A stretch of DNA of 64,000 nt from an uncultured Chloroflexia bacterium (GCA_963777975.1 CAVZSO010000009.1:193049-257048); one strand, 5' to 3'; positions 30,420 through 40,954 are shown, numbered from the stretch's first letter. Notes: generated by a model not told the origin, from the letters alone. Numbers and translations: made by a program.

Positions 30420-31476
30420 GTGACCGACCCGTCGGCTACCATCTCGGCGCAGGTCACGAACTGCGGAGGAGAGGCATGGATCGGCAGCTCGGCGCGGCAC
30501 ACCTGGCGCAGGGCATCGGGAGTTTCTGGCGCTCCCTGTTCGCCGAACGAAGCGAGGCCTGAGTCGCCGACCCGCCGCTTCCGACTCGACCGGCCGCTCG
30601 ACCTGGCCGCCACGCTGGCGCCGCTCCGCCATGGCACCACCGACCCGACCATCCGGATCTTCGGGCGCACCGAGGTCCTGCGGGCGACCCTGAGTCCCGA
30701 AGGACCGACGAGCGAACATCTGCGCCACATGGGCGATGAGGTCGAGGTCGAGGCCTGGGGACCAGGCGCCGACTGGGCAATCGAGCACGCACCCGAGCTG
30801 ATCGGTGAGACCGACGATCCGACCGCGCTGCACCCGCAGCATCGCGTCATCGCCGACCTCGCGCGGCGGCTGTCCAGGCGTCCGGCTGGGCCGCTCGGAG
30901 GCCGCCTTCGAGGCGCTCGTGCCGGCGATCCTGGAGCAGAAGATCACGGGCCTCGAGGCGGTCCGGGTGCGCCGACGGATGGTCATCGCGTTCGGCGAGC
31001 CGGCGCCCGGACCGACGAAGATCGTTGCCGGCCTGCATCTGCCGCCGGCGCCGGCTCGCCTGGCGGCGCTGGCCTACTTCGACCTGCATCCCCTGGGCCT
31101 CGAGCGACGGCGCGCAGAAGTCATCATCCGGTCGGCTGGTCGCGCTGCCGCCATCGATCGGCTGGCGACCATCGATCCGGCGGAGGCCCGATCACGGCTC
31201 GAGCGGCTGCCCGGCATCGGCCCGTGGACGGCGGCGGAGGTGGCGCGCGTGGCCTGGGGAGACCCCGACGCCCTGAGCGTCGGCGACTACCACATCCCCA
31301 ACCTGGTCGCGTTCGCGCTGGCCGGCGAGCCGCGCGGCGACGACGCGCGGATGCTCGAGCTCCTGGAGCCCTATCGCGGCCAGCGGGGCCGCGTCCAGCG
31401 CCTGCTCGAGCTCTCCGGCATGAGCGCGCCACGGTACGGGCCACGGAGGCCGCCGCGCGCGATCGGGGCCATCTGA
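30420..31476 (+). CDS. DNA-3-methyladenine glycosylase II (AlkA/HhH-GPD family), frameshift at ~30870; start not resolved
   Basis: LRHGTTDPT N-terminal part; ILEQKITG, LPGIGPWTA HhH motif, GDPDALSVGDYH. Confidence 0.8.
30476..30562 (+). CDS. Possible 28-aa small protein MDRQLGAAHLAQGIGSFWRSLFAERSEA
   Basis: Strong RBS GGAGGAGAGG directly upstream; TACCAT -10-like element at ~30437. Confidence 0.35.
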   Translation: MDRQLGAAHLAQGIGSFWRSLFAERSEA

Positions 31477-31486
31477 AGCGCGACGG

Positions 31487-32299
31487 TCAGCCGGCGGTGA
31501 GCCAGACAGGATCGCCCGGCTGGACGCCAAGGTCGGCCGCCGCGCTCGCCTCGAATCGGATGACGGCCATCCATCCCCAGGCATCGACGAGGATGCCGTA
31601 CGCACCCGGCTCGACCTGGCCGTAGGACGTGATCCGATGTGCGCGGGCCGTTCGGCCGGCGGTGCTGATCTCGAGCTGCGACGACTGATCAAGCTCCGCT
31701 GAGGCGAGATGCGAAGGGCGGACGTTGAGGCGCACGTTCCCGAACCGGTCCGTGTCGAGGACCTCGCACACGATCCGGCCATGCTCGACCTCTGGCTCGG
31801 CGATCCGTACTTCGACGAGTTCATCGGCTGCGACGGGCGACCCCAGGACACCCAGGTCCATGCCCATAGCGAGGTGCGCGGCGGCCGGCGCGAAGACATC
31901 ACGGCCATGGAAGACATCAGAGATCGGCGTCAGGACGACGTCGGGAGACGTGATCGTGACAGCGCGAGCGATGCCCCCGTCCGCCCGCCAGGCGACGGAG
32001 AGCAGGCCGTTGTTGGGACCGACAAGGCAGCGGCCACCGGTCGTTTCGACGGCGATCGGGAGACGGGCCGTACCGACGCCTGGATCGACGACCGCGAGGC
32101 CGACGGCGTCGACCGGCGCGAAGCGCAGGCACTCGGCCAGGATGAGCCCGCCGCCGCGGATGTCGTGAGGGGCGACGCCGTGCGAGATGTCGATGACTTG
32201 CGATTGTGGTGCGATCCGAGCGATGACCGCATGGCAGACACCGACGAACTCATCGCGCAGGCCAAGGTCCGACACGAACACGACCGGCTTGCTCATCAC
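31487..32299 (-). CDS. SAM hydroxide adenosyltransferase (DUF62, halogenase superfamily)
   Basis: SDLG, VVDPGVGTAR, FHGRDVFAP, DRFGN. Confidence 0.9.
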   Translation of the reverse strand: MMSKPVVFVSDLGLRDEFVGVCHAVIARIAPQSQVIDISHGVAPHDIRGGGLILAECLRFAPVDAVGLAVVDPGVGTARLPIAVETTGGRCLVGPNNGLLSVAWRADGGIARAVTITSPDVVLTPISDVFHGRDVFAPAAAHLAMGMDLGVLGSPVAADELVEVRIAEPEVEHGRIVCEVLDTDRFGNVRLNVRPSHLASAELDQSSQLEISTAGRTARAHRITSYGQVEPGAYGILVDAWGWMAVIRFEASAAADLGVQPGDPVWLTAG

Positions 32300-32426
32300 G
32301 ACCCTCCGAAGCCTGCCCCCAAACGACTCCCGCCACGGTACGTCGGTCTCGGCCGCGCGTCGAGGTGTCAGTCGGTCACCGTCGGCAGGTCACAGCGCCG
32401 TCACATCGACGGCCTAGACTGACGGC

Positions 32427-33095
32427 ATGCAATTCCTGTCTCGTCCCGCGTCCCTGCCCTCCCCTGATCACACCCTGCCCGGCCGCGCCGAGCCGATGCC
32501 GATCCCGGAGCGAAACGTCGTCAACGGCGCGTCGCTCGCGCCGCCGTGGCCGGACGGCACGCGCACGGCGGTCTTCGCACTGGGCTGCTTCTGGGGCGCC
32601 GAGAAGGCCTTCTGGTCGCTGCCCGGCGTGATCAGCACGGCCGTCGGCTATGCCGGCGGCACGACTCCCAATCCGACGTATCGAGAGGCGTGCTCTGGCA
32701 TGACCGGACACGCCGAGTCCGTGCTCGTTGCCTACGACCCGAAGCGCGTCTCGTACGAGCAGCTGCTCAAGGTGTTCTGGGAGGATCACGACCCGACCCA
32801 GGGGATGCGTCAGGGCAACGATCAGGGCACCCAGTACCGCTCCGCGATCTACGTCGACGGGCCTGAGCAGCTGGCCGCTGCCGAGGCTTCGCGCGACGCC
32901 TACCAGGCCAAGCTGTCTGCCGCGGGCTTCGGCACCATCACGACCGAGATCCGCGCCGACGTACCCTTCTACTACGCCGAGGACTACCACCAGCAGTACC
33001 TGGCCAAGAATCCCGGCGGCTATTGTCCGAATCACTCGACGGGCGTGATGCTCCCGGACGACTTCGTGGTCACCCCGCTGCAGTACGTGGACTGA
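32427..33095 (+). CDS. msrA: Peptide methionine sulfoxide reductase A
   Basis: [39 protein letters not shown]. Confidence 0.97.
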   Translation: MQFLSRPASLPSPDHTLPGRAEPMPIPERNVVNGASLAPPWPDGTRTAVFALGCFWGAEKAFWSLPGVISTAVGYAGGTTPNPTYREACSGMTGHAESVLVAYDPKRVSYEQLLKVFWEDHDPTQGMRQGNDQGTQYRSAIYVDGPEQLAAAEASRDAYQAKLSAAGFGTITTEIRADVPFYYAEDYHQQYLAKNPGGYCPNHSTGVMLPDDFVVTPLQYVD

Positions 33096-33162
33096 CCGCC
33101 GGCCACAGTTCCGTTCGTGCGTCCGTCGCTTTGATGGCGCCCAACGACGACGACGACGGACC

Positions 33163-34053
33163 ATGGATTCGGCCCAACCAATGCTCACGCTGAACAATGG
33201 CGTCGAACTGCCGGCCCTCGGGTTCGGCGTCTTCCAGACGCCCCCTGATGTCACCCAAGCGGCGACGGAAGAGGCCATCCGCGCGGGCTACCGGCTGGTC
33301 GACACGGCAGCCTCATACCTGAACGAGCGCGAGGTGGGCGCCGCGATCGCAGCGAGCGGCATCGAGCGCTCCGAGCTGTTCGTCCAGACCAAGCTCTGGG
33401 TCAGCGACTACGGCTACGACGGAGCACTTCACGGCTTCGATGTCAGTACCCGAAAGCTCGGGCTCGATACGGTCGACCTCTACCTCCTCCACCAGCCGCT
33501 CCCACAGCATTTCGACAGCACCGTTGATGCCTACCGCGCCGCCGAGCGCCTGCTCGCGGAGGGTCGCGTCCGGGCGATCGGGGTATCCAACTTCAGCGCC
33601 GCGCACCTTGATGCCTTCCTGCCGCGAATCACGGTCGTGCCTGCGGTCAATCAAGTCGAGGTTCACCCGTACTACAACCAGCCGGCCCTGCGCGCCCTCC
33701 ACGAGCGACTGGGCATCGCGACGCAGGCGTGGTCGCCGCTCGGCGGGGTATACGTCTACCGACCGGGTGAGGCCACGAAGAACGCGCTCGACGACTCGAC
33801 GATCTCAGCCATCGCTGCGAGGTACGGCAAGACCCCTGCGCAGGTCATCCTCCGCTGGCACTTGGACAGCGGCCGGTCGGCAGTTCCGAAGTCGGTCCGT
33901 CCGGAGCGGATCGCCGAGAACCTGTCGGTGTTCGACTTTGAGCTGACGCCAGAGGAGGTCGCGTCGATCGACGCGCTCGATACCGGAGTCCGAGGCGGAC
34001 CTAACCAGGACGAGATCGACTTCCTGTCGTGGAACCGGACCATCCCCGAGTGA
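33163..34053 (+). CDS. Aldo/keto reductase (AKR5/2,5-DKG reductase-like)
   Basis: GFGVFQ, DTAASY, TKLW, LYLLHQP, IGVSNF, NQVE, PKS. Confidence 0.93.
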   Translation: MDSAQPMLTLNNGVELPALGFGVFQTPPDVTQAATEEAIRAGYRLVDTAASYLNEREVGAAIAASGIERSELFVQTKLWVSDYGYDGALHGFDVSTRKLGLDTVDLYLLHQPLPQHFDSTVDAYRAAERLLAEGRVRAIGVSNFSAAHLDAFLPRITVVPAVNQVEVHPYYNQPALRALHERLGIATQAWSPLGGVYVYRPGEATKNALDDSTISAIAARYGKTPAQVILRWHLDSGRSAVPKSVRPERIAENLSVFDFELTPEEVASIDALDTGVRGGPNQDEIDFLSWNRTIPE

Positions 34054-34133
34054 CGAACGTCATCGTCGTCATCGGCGCTGGTCAGATCGGACAGGCCATC
34101 GCCAGACGGGTCAGTGTCGGCAGGCACCTTGAT
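34050..34133 (+). pseudogene. 5' remnant of an SDR oxidoreductase
   Basis: GTG overlaps the AKR stop; VTNVIVVIGAGQIGQAIARRVSVGRH is a Rossmann GxGxxG start that then degrades into non-coding-like sequence. Confidence 0.6.
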
Positions 34134-34339
34134 GAGATCGTCCATCTCACGCCTTTCCTCTCATCGACGTGGCCAAGATCGATCGGTCTCCGTTCTACCG
34201 CTCCTGATTTGGCTTCGCCAGAGTCGAAGGGCCCGAGTCACGCTCCCGGTACCACCAGCTCGGTGATCTTGGCGCTGAGTACGCCTTCAACCCCCCCAGG
34301 TGCGAGGCCGCCCGCTACGATGACGCCGGAGGTGACCCG

Positions 34340-34927
34340 ATGACCGACCCGATCGCGGACCTCATCGGCGACTACCGCGCGTTCACGGCGCTGCAGCGCG
34401 ACCGCCTCACCGCGCGCGGCATCGACATCGCGCCGTACGAGCTGAGCCACCTGGCGGTCCGCGTCCCCGAGTGGGACCAGTACGTCCACCTCCGGACCCT
34501 CCTCGAGCGGCACGCGGTCGCCAACCGCGAGAACGTCTGGAACGGACGGCCGATCTCCTTGATCGTCCCGTCCGAGCCGCTCCGCGTCCTCGACGGCCAG
34601 GTCGTCCCGCTCATCGAGCTCATCCCGCCCGTCCACCAGCGTGTCTACAAGATGGGCCTGGAGCACCTCGGCGTGGTCGTCGGCGATGAGGTCGACGCCT
34701 TCTCCCGCCGGCACCGGGCAGCGCTGACCGGCCAGCAGTTCCAGAGCGCGGCGAACGAGCCGTATTACGTCCTGTTCGAGGACTTCACCCACGTGAAGTT
34801 CCACCGCCGCTCGCTGCGGGCGGCGGTCGAGCTAGAGGGCAGGACGTTCGACGGCTTCTACCACGTCGACGACTGGGTCCCGCAGCGGCTGGTCACGGCG
34901 ACTGGCCCGAACCCCCTGCCCCGGTGA
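34340..34927 (+). CDS. VOC-family (YecM-like) protein
   Basis: SHLAVR, WNGRPI, IELIPP, LEHLGVV, VKFH. Confidence 0.8.
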   Translation: MTDPIADLIGDYRAFTALQRDRLTARGIDIAPYELSHLAVRVPEWDQYVHLRTLLERHAVANRENVWNGRPISLIVPSEPLRVLDGQVVPLIELIPPVHQRVYKMGLEHLGVVVGDEVDAFSRRHRAALTGQQFQSAANEPYYVLFEDFTHVKFHRRSLRAAVELEGRTFDGFYHVDDWVPQRLVTATGPNPLPR

Positions 34928-35781
34928 ACGAGCCTCCCGCCGTCGGCCGGCTCTTGGAGTCGGCAGAGGAGAGCGGTCCAGATCTCGCTCCGAACCCGAA
35001 CGAGGCCATGTGGCGGGCGATCCTCGATGGCACGGATCCGACCTACGCACGAAATCGGGGCCGCCTGAAGCACCTCCCTGGGACGCCGCGTTGCAAGATG
35101 TGCGCCGCGCCATTCGGTGGCCCGGCCGGCATGCTGATGCGTTGGCGGGGTCGAGCGCCGTGGCCGAAGAACCCTGACTACTGCGGCGCCTGCTTCCAGC
35201 TGCTTGATCGGTACCACGGCGGCGCGGAGATCGAATCGTCCTTCCTGTTCGCCGATATCCGCGGCTCGACGACCCTGGCGGAGGGGATCACGCCGACCGC
35301 ATTCCGGACCCTTCTCGACCGCTTCTATGACGTCGCCGCTCGCGTCCTCGTCGCCCATGACGGGATCGTCGACAAGTTCGTCGGCGACGAGGTGGTCGGG
35401 ATCTTCATCCCGGCGCTCGCCCACGACGAGCATCCGGCACGCGCGATCGCTGCGGCGCGCGCGCTGCTCGACGCCACGGGCCATCTCGATTCCGGTGGGC
35501 CGTGGCTGCCCATAGGAGTCGGCGTGGCGACCGGAACCGCGTTCGTCGGGTCGGTCGGCGAGACCCACGCGGCGGTGATGACGGCCCTCGGCGACGTCGT
35601 GAACGTCACCGCGCGGCTTGCATCCGCGGCCGGGCCAGGCGAGATCCTCGTCAACGACCGGGCTGCGGAACGGGCCGGCCTTGAGACTGCCTCGCTTGAG
35701 CTGCGCCGGCTCGAGCTGAAGGGCAAGACGCAGCTGACCAACGTCTACGTCGTCCATGCCGAACGAGGATCAACCCCCTGA
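34924..35781 (+). CDS. Class III adenylate cyclase with N-terminal CxxC-x23-CxxC finger (paralog 1)
   Basis: PRCKMCAAPF...KNPDYCGAC; FADIRGST, DKFVGDE, TALGDVVNVTARL. Confidence 0.9.
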   Translation: MNEPPAVGRLLESAEESGPDLAPNPNEAMWRAILDGTDPTYARNRGRLKHLPGTPRCKMCAAPFGGPAGMLMRWRGRAPWPKNPDYCGACFQLLDRYHGGAEIESSFLFADIRGSTTLAEGITPTAFRTLLDRFYDVAARVLVAHDGIVDKFVGDEVVGIFIPALAHDEHPARAIAAARALLDATGHLDSGGPWLPIGVGVATGTAFVGSVGETHAAVMTALGDVVNVTARLASAAGPGEILVNDRAAERAGLETASLELRRLELKGKTQLTNVYVVHAERGSTP

Positions 35782-35797
35782 TGCCGGAAGGCGCCCG

Positions 35798-36196
35798 TTA
35801 GCGCACCCGTGCGGGCGGGGGTGCTCCCGGGACGAACCGACCAACCCGCAACGCCGTCCAGGACGCGTCGATCGCCGCTTCCTCGAGCGGGCTCAGGCCG
35901 TGGCCGGCCAGGATCGTCCGCAACGATGCCTGAGTGAAGTCCACGCGACCCCGCGTCGGCGAGCAGATCCAGACCGCCCGCGGCATGGTCATGACCGTCC
36001 GGTAGCGATCCAGGAACCAGCGCACCGAGGCGGCATTCGAGACGAAGATCACGGCCACGGTGGCGGCCGCAAATTCGCCCGTCATCCTGACGCCAGGCGG
36101 CAGCGGTCCGAGCAGCCGCAGCCACTCGATCGGAGAGAACCAAAGGGACGCGCCGGGATGGATGGCCAGCCTGCCGGCGAGGGTATTGTCGGTCAT
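35798..36196 (-). CDS. Hypothetical protein, DUF3052-like
   Basis: LAGRLAIHPG, VWICSP, AIDASWTALR; RBS GGAGG. Confidence 0.6.
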   Translation of the reverse strand: MTDNTLAGRLAIHPGASLWFSPIEWLRLLGPLPPGVRMTGEFAAATVAVIFVSNAASVRWFLDRYRTVMTMPRAVWICSPTRGRVDFTQASLRTILAGHGLSPLEEAAIDASWTALRVGRFVPGAPPPARVR

Positions 36197-36417
36197 CGCC
36201 ATCGGCCTCCTCGACACTCGGCCCGGACTTGGATCCTGCGTCGATCGTAATGCCACGGATGCGTCCCGGCACCCGGCAGACTGATCGCCGCGTGGCATCG
36301 TGAGTCGAGGTGGCCGGGTGCTGAACGCCTGATGCCGGGCCGCGAGTCACGACACTGGGTCTGGCCGACTCGTGACTTCGATGCCTGCGCCCGTTAATCT
36401 TCCGTCGGAGGTGCCAC

Positions 36418-36666
36418 ATGACGGTCCAACAGGCCCTGGAAGAGGCCATGCACCACGAGACCTCGGCCGACGTGATGAACGCACTGGTCCAGCAGGGCGT
36501 GTGGATGGCCGACGAAGACACGATGACAGCGGCGATCCACAACGTGTACTGCGGCATCATGGCCGACCACGCCGAGCCCAACGACAAGGACCGCGATCAG
36601 GCGCGACAGTTGATCGCCGTCATCGGTCAGTCGATCAATACCGGAGCCGGGGCCGCAAAGGACTGA
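36418..36666 (+). CDS. Hypothetical 82-aa acidic protein
   Basis: TAATCT -10-like element, RBS GGAGG, GC-biased coding pattern. Confidence 0.7.
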   Translation: MTVQQALEEAMHHETSADVMNALVQQGVWMADEDTMTAAIHNVYCGIMADHAEPNDKDRDQARQLIAVIGQSINTGAGAAKD

Positions 36667-36874
36667 CTCGATCGGCTGCCCGCGATGCATCGCGTCCGCG
36701 AGGCGGGCCGAAGCAGGCCAGACGCTTCCTCGGTCAAGCCGGACGGACACCCGGACGATCGTCCAGCGTCGGGCCGCCGCGCCACCCCGGCCCCAACGAA
36801 CCGCGCTGGCATCGATGTCGGCCTTCGTTGAGTCGCGTCGGGGCGGAGTCGTGACCAAGGCAAGGAGGGATGCG

Positions 36875-37255
36875 ATGCTGAGCGATCACCCGGTGTTTCC
36901 GATCCTGCTCTCGACGGACCTCGACGCCACCCGGACCTTCTACCACGACACGCTCGGATTGGAGATCCTCCGCGAGGACGAAGGTGATCGGATCGTCTTC
37001 CGCTGTGGAGCCGGGACGCAGCTCGTCGTGACGCTCAGCACCATCGGCACCTCGGACGCTCAGACGCAGATGGCATGGCGCGTGCCCGACCTGCAAGCGG
37101 CCCTCGTCGATCTCCGCGCCCGCGGTGTCCGCATCGAGGAATACGTGGCACCCGACCCGATCACCACGGATGGCATCGCCGACATGGGCCATTCCTGGGC
37201 TGCCTGGTTCATCGATCCGAGCCGGAACGTGCTCGCCGTCGTGCAGCCCAAGTAG
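36875..37255 (+). CDS. VOC/glyoxalase family protein
   Basis: RBS AGGAGG; DLDATRTFYHDTLGL, AWFIDPSRN. Confidence 0.88.
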   Translation: MLSDHPVFPILLSTDLDATRTFYHDTLGLEILREDEGDRIVFRCGAGTQLVVTLSTIGTSDAQTQMAWRVPDLQAALVDLRARGVRIEEYVAPDPITTDGIADMGHSWAAWFIDPSRNVLAVVQPK

Positions 37256-37394
37256 TCGTCGATCGAGGACCTGCGGGGTCTCTTGGTGCTCGATGCCGGT
37301 GACTCCGACGAGGCGAGGCTGTCCTGATCGCTTCATCGAGAGCCCCGGCTGAAGCACGGGTAGAGCCTTTTGGATCGCGGCCTATCCTGAGGAG

Positions 37395-38186
37395 ATGACG
37401 GCACCGCCCGATCCCGGACTGGAGAGCGAGGCGTTCTGGCGCGACTTCCTGACGCGTGGCGACTCGAGGGAGCGACGGGTCAGGCAGGTCTTCAGGCGCA
37501 TCCCCGACGGGCCGCGCTGCAAGCTGTGCGCGGCACCGTTCGCGGGCGTCGGTGCGCCGTTCATGCGGATGATCGGCAAACGACCCTCCGACAAGAACCC
37601 GACCATGTGCAACTCCTGCTTCGCCTTCATGGTTCGGCACCATGGGGGTGCTGAGATCGAGGTCAGCTTCCTGTTCGCCGACGTGCGCGGCTCGACGGCC
37701 ATCGCCGAGGGCATGTCGGCGACCAGCTTTCGCGGCTTGCTGGATCGGTTCTATGCCACCGCGACGGCGGTCGTCTTCGACCACGACGGCAGCGTGGACA
37801 AATTCGTCGGCGACGAGCTCGTCGCGATGTTCTTTCCGCTCCTGACGGGCGAGCGGCACGCCACGCGGGCGGTGGCTGCCGCTAGGGCCCTGATGGTGGA
37901 GACTGGCAACGACGATGCCGCTGGACCATGGCTGCCGCTCGGCGCCGGCGTGCACACCGGTCCAGCATGGGTCGGAACGGTCGGTGACGCTGCGCACGTC
38001 GAGCTGACCGCGCTGGGCGACACCGTCAACACGACCGCCCGGCTGGCATCGGTCGCCCGGACCGGCGAGATCCTGATCACGATCGCAGCCGCCGAGGCCG
38101 CTGGCCTCGATCCGGCCCTGGAGCGCCGATCGCTCGACCTGAAGGGCAAGGAGCTGCCCACCGATGTCGTCGTCGTGCGAGTCTGA
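37395..38186 (+). CDS. Class III adenylate cyclase with N-terminal CxxC-x23-CxxC finger (paralog 2)
   Basis: PRCKLCAAPF...KNPTMCNSC; FADVRGST, DKFVGDE, TALGDTVNTTARL. Confidence 0.9.
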   Translation: MTAPPDPGLESEAFWRDFLTRGDSRERRVRQVFRRIPDGPRCKLCAAPFAGVGAPFMRMIGKRPSDKNPTMCNSCFAFMVRHHGGAEIEVSFLFADVRGSTAIAEGMSATSFRGLLDRFYATATAVVFDHDGSVDKFVGDELVAMFFPLLTGERHATRAVAAARALMVETGNDDAAGPWLPLGAGVHTGPAWVGTVGDAAHVELTALGDTVNTTARLASVARTGEILITIAAAEAAGLDPALERRSLDLKGKELPTDVVVVRV

Positions 38187-38243
38187 TCCTGAAGCGGACG
38201 AGCTGAGGCGGACGAGCCTATCTGATGCGCGCAGCGCGCCGGG

Positions 38244-38627
38244 CTACATGCGCTGGACGATGTACAGCGTGTTCCCGTCCGGGTCACGCAGCGTGAACAT
38301 CGGCGGCACGCCCGGATACCGAAGGATCTCCGCGTCGACGTCCACGGCATTCGCCACCATCGCGGCGTGGTCGCCCTCGGCGTCGTCCGTCGTGAGCCGG
38401 ATCCCCGTGTCGACACCGACCGGTGACGATCCCTGCGGGGCGATCGCGATGGTCGTGGTGGCCCCGGCCGGCGCCACCTCGATCCACCGTTGTCCCGCCC
38501 CGAACGGGACGTCCCGCGTGACCTCGAAGCCGAGGACGCCGGTGTAGAAGGCCAAGGAACGGTCTTGATCGACGGTCGGGACGGCGACCGTGCCGACCTG
38601 CGTGATCGATGTCGTGCGGGAGGTCAT
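38244..38627 (-). CDS. VOC/glyoxalase family protein
   Basis: DQDRSLAFYTGVLGF, RWIEV, LRDPDGN. Confidence 0.9.
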   Translation of the reverse strand: MTSRTTSITQVGTVAVPTVDQDRSLAFYTGVLGFEVTRDVPFGAGQRWIEVAPAGATTTIAIAPQGSSPVGVDTGIRLTTDDAEGDHAAMVANAVDVDAEILRYPGVPPMFTLRDPDGNTLYIVQRM

Positions 38628-38727
38628 CGGCGTCCTTCCATGTAGCGGGTGCCGGAGTCTCGACCCGGTGTCGGCCCTGAGCCCGTCCGGCCGATGATGC
38701 CACCGACTCCGACGAAGCGGCGTCTGA

Positions 38728-39126
38728 CTAGGTCGCGATCTCCCAGATGTGGCCGCCGGGATCGACGAAGCTCGCCGTTCGCACACCCCACGGCCGATCG
38801 ATGGGCCCGTTCAGCAGGGTCACGCCACGCCTGGCGAGCTCCGCGCAGGTGGCATCCACGTCCTCGACGTTGATGGTCAGCTGGAGGCGGGATCCACCTT
38901 CACGCGCCGCCACGACGGCGGGCTCGATGAGGTCCCGCGCTGCTGGTTCCGTTAGCAGGTTGACGAGCGTGCTGCCGAACCCGAAGACCGCCGAGTCCTC
39001 GTCCTCGAAGACGACCGGCAGGCCGAAGACCCGCTGGTAGAACTCCCTGCTCGCCGCCAGATCGTCGACGAACAACGTGATGGCACCGATCGCCTTCGGC
39101 CATGCAACCGCATCCGTATCTTCCAT
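38728..39126 (-). CDS. VOC/glyoxalase family protein
   Basis: DLAASREFYQRVFG, RPWGVRTASFVDPGGH. Confidence 0.9.
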   Translation of the reverse strand: MEDTDAVAWPKAIGAITLFVDDLAASREFYQRVFGLPVVFEDEDSAVFGFGSTLVNLLTEPAARDLIEPAVVAAREGGSRLQLTINVEDVDATCAELARRGVTLLNGPIDRPWGVRTASFVDPGGHIWEIAT

Positions 39127-39150
39127 GACGCACTCCTGACTGGTGACGAC

Positions 39151-39558
39151 CTAGGATCGGCGCAATCGCACATCGGTCCCTCGGCGGATGGAGTTGGGGA
39201 TCTCGGCGATGTCGTCGACGAACGCCACCAGGTCGACCAGCGCCTGCTCAGGAGCGTCGCCCGTGATCTCCACGTCGTACTCGATCGACGTCGATGTCGC
39301 GGGATCGCCGACATAGTCGCTGCTTGCCGTGACCCGCACGCGATCGAGGCGGATGCCACGCTTCGAAGCCTCTCGGAAGAGGTCGTTCGAGACGCAGCCG
39401 GCAACCGCGAGGTTGAGCAGCTGGCCGCCACTGAAGCCGCGGCCACCGCCCCCCACCGCCGTCGGCCGATCGACGACGACCGTCACCGACCCCGCCGACC
39501 CAAGAGCGGTCGGGCCGCCGTCGACCGATCGCACCTCGACTCGATAGGCGTCAGACAT
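39151..39558 (-). CDS. OsmC/Ohr-like family protein (single Cys)
   Basis: VDRP-xx-GGGGRG, LLNLAVAGC. Confidence 0.8.
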   Translation of the reverse strand: MSDAYRVEVRSVDGGPTALGSAGSVTVVVDRPTAVGGGGRGFSGGQLLNLAVAGCVSNDLFREASKRGIRLDRVRVTASSDYVGDPATSTSIEYDVEITGDAPEQALVDLVAFVDDIAEIPNSIRRGTDVRLRRS

Positions 39559-40935
39559 CCCGGTGCTCGGCCCCGGGCGGGATGTTCTGGTTGCTGCGGA
39601 AGAGATTGGTCGGATCGTAGGTGGCCTTGACGGCCCGCAGGCGCTCCCACGTCGCGCCCGGATAGGCCGCTCGGACGCGTGCCTCGCCCTCGTCGGTCAG
39701 GAAGTTGACATAGGCACCGTCGTCGCCCTGGCGCAGGGCAGCCGCGAAGTCGGTCACCCAGGCCTCGCGCACGATCCGGTCGTCCGGGCCATCGTAGAAG
39801 GCCGCCAGGCTGACGAGGATCCGACTCTGTCGGTGTGCAAAGGCCGTGGCGTCGACCGGGACTCGAGCGGCCGCCCCGCCCAGGACCGCGGAGCTGTGCG
39901 ACCCGCAGGCTCGCGTCCGAGGCCTCGAGCCGTTCCACGATCGATCGTGCCGTCGTCCGATCGACATGATCCAGGAACATCGTGTGGGCGACCGCGGTCG
40001 GGTGGTAGTCGGGATCCTCGGGACCGTAGATCTCCGGGTAGGGCATCGCCTTGACCATGTCGGCGATGGGCGTCGCCAGCGCACGGAACGGCGCCATCGC
40101 CGCCTCGCCCGCCTCGAGCGGACCGACGTGACACAGGATGGCCAGGATGACGACCTGGCCGACGTGCTCCTCGGGCACGAACGGCATCGGCGGGCAGTTC
40201 ATGACGTTGGCGATGGTCGAGACGGACTCCGGCGCGCCCTCAGCGGCCGCGATGAAGCCGGCCAGCGTGTCGGGCGTCGCAGGCAGGATGAGCATGCCAC
40301 CGACGATCTGGCCGACCTCATGGAGTCGGTAGTTGAAGCGGGTCACGACACCGAAGTTGCCGCCGCCGCCACGGATCGCCCAGAACAGGTCCGGGTGGCT
40401 GACCGCGTCGGCCCGGAGGAGCGCGCCGTCGGCGGTCACGATCTCGGCGGCCAGCAACGAGTCGATGGTCAGGCCATGGGCGCGCACGAGGTAGCCGATC
40501 CCGCCGCCGAGGGTGATGCCACCGAGCCCGACCGACGCGGTGTCGCCAAAGCCGGTGGCCAACCCGTACGCTCCGACCGCGGTCGTGTACTCACCGGCCG
40601 TCAGCCCCGACTCCGCCCAGGCCGTGCGGCCCTGGACGTCGATCTCGATCGCGTGCATGGCTCGCATGTCGATGACGATGCCGTCGTCGATCACGCCGTG
40701 ACCGGCACCACTATGTCCGCCGCTCCGAACGGCCAGCGGGAGCCCGGTCTCACGCGCCAGTGCGATGACCCGCGCGACGTCGCCGGCATCGGCGACCTGG
40801 ACGATGAGCGCCGGACGTCGATCGACGTCCCCGAGGGTGACGGCGCGTGCGGCATCGAAGTCGGGGTCGTCGGGCGTGATGACCCGTCCGGTGATCTGCG
40901 TCTGGAGGGTCGGGGAGGGCCAGCAGGTCGGTCAT
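39551..40935 (-). CDS. FAD-binding (PCMH/BBE-like) oxidoreductase, frameshifts at ~40912 and ~39890
   Basis: AVRSGGH, GITLGGGIG, DLFWAIRGGGGNFGVVT; BBE tail AYVNF...KATYDPTNLF. Confidence 0.88.
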
Positions 40936-40954
40936 GACTCCATGCTAGCCAGCA

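Noticed and set aside
30397-30560. Lysine riboswitch upstream of the lysA-like gene
   Set aside because: No L-box consensus is visible, and a -10-like hexamer sits 8 nt before the ATG, leaving no room for a leader.
31487-32299. Possible fluorinase or chlorinase
   Set aside because: The FHGRD His together with the DPGVG-R Asp/Arg gives the DUF62 SAM-hydrolase triad rather than the halogenase motifs.
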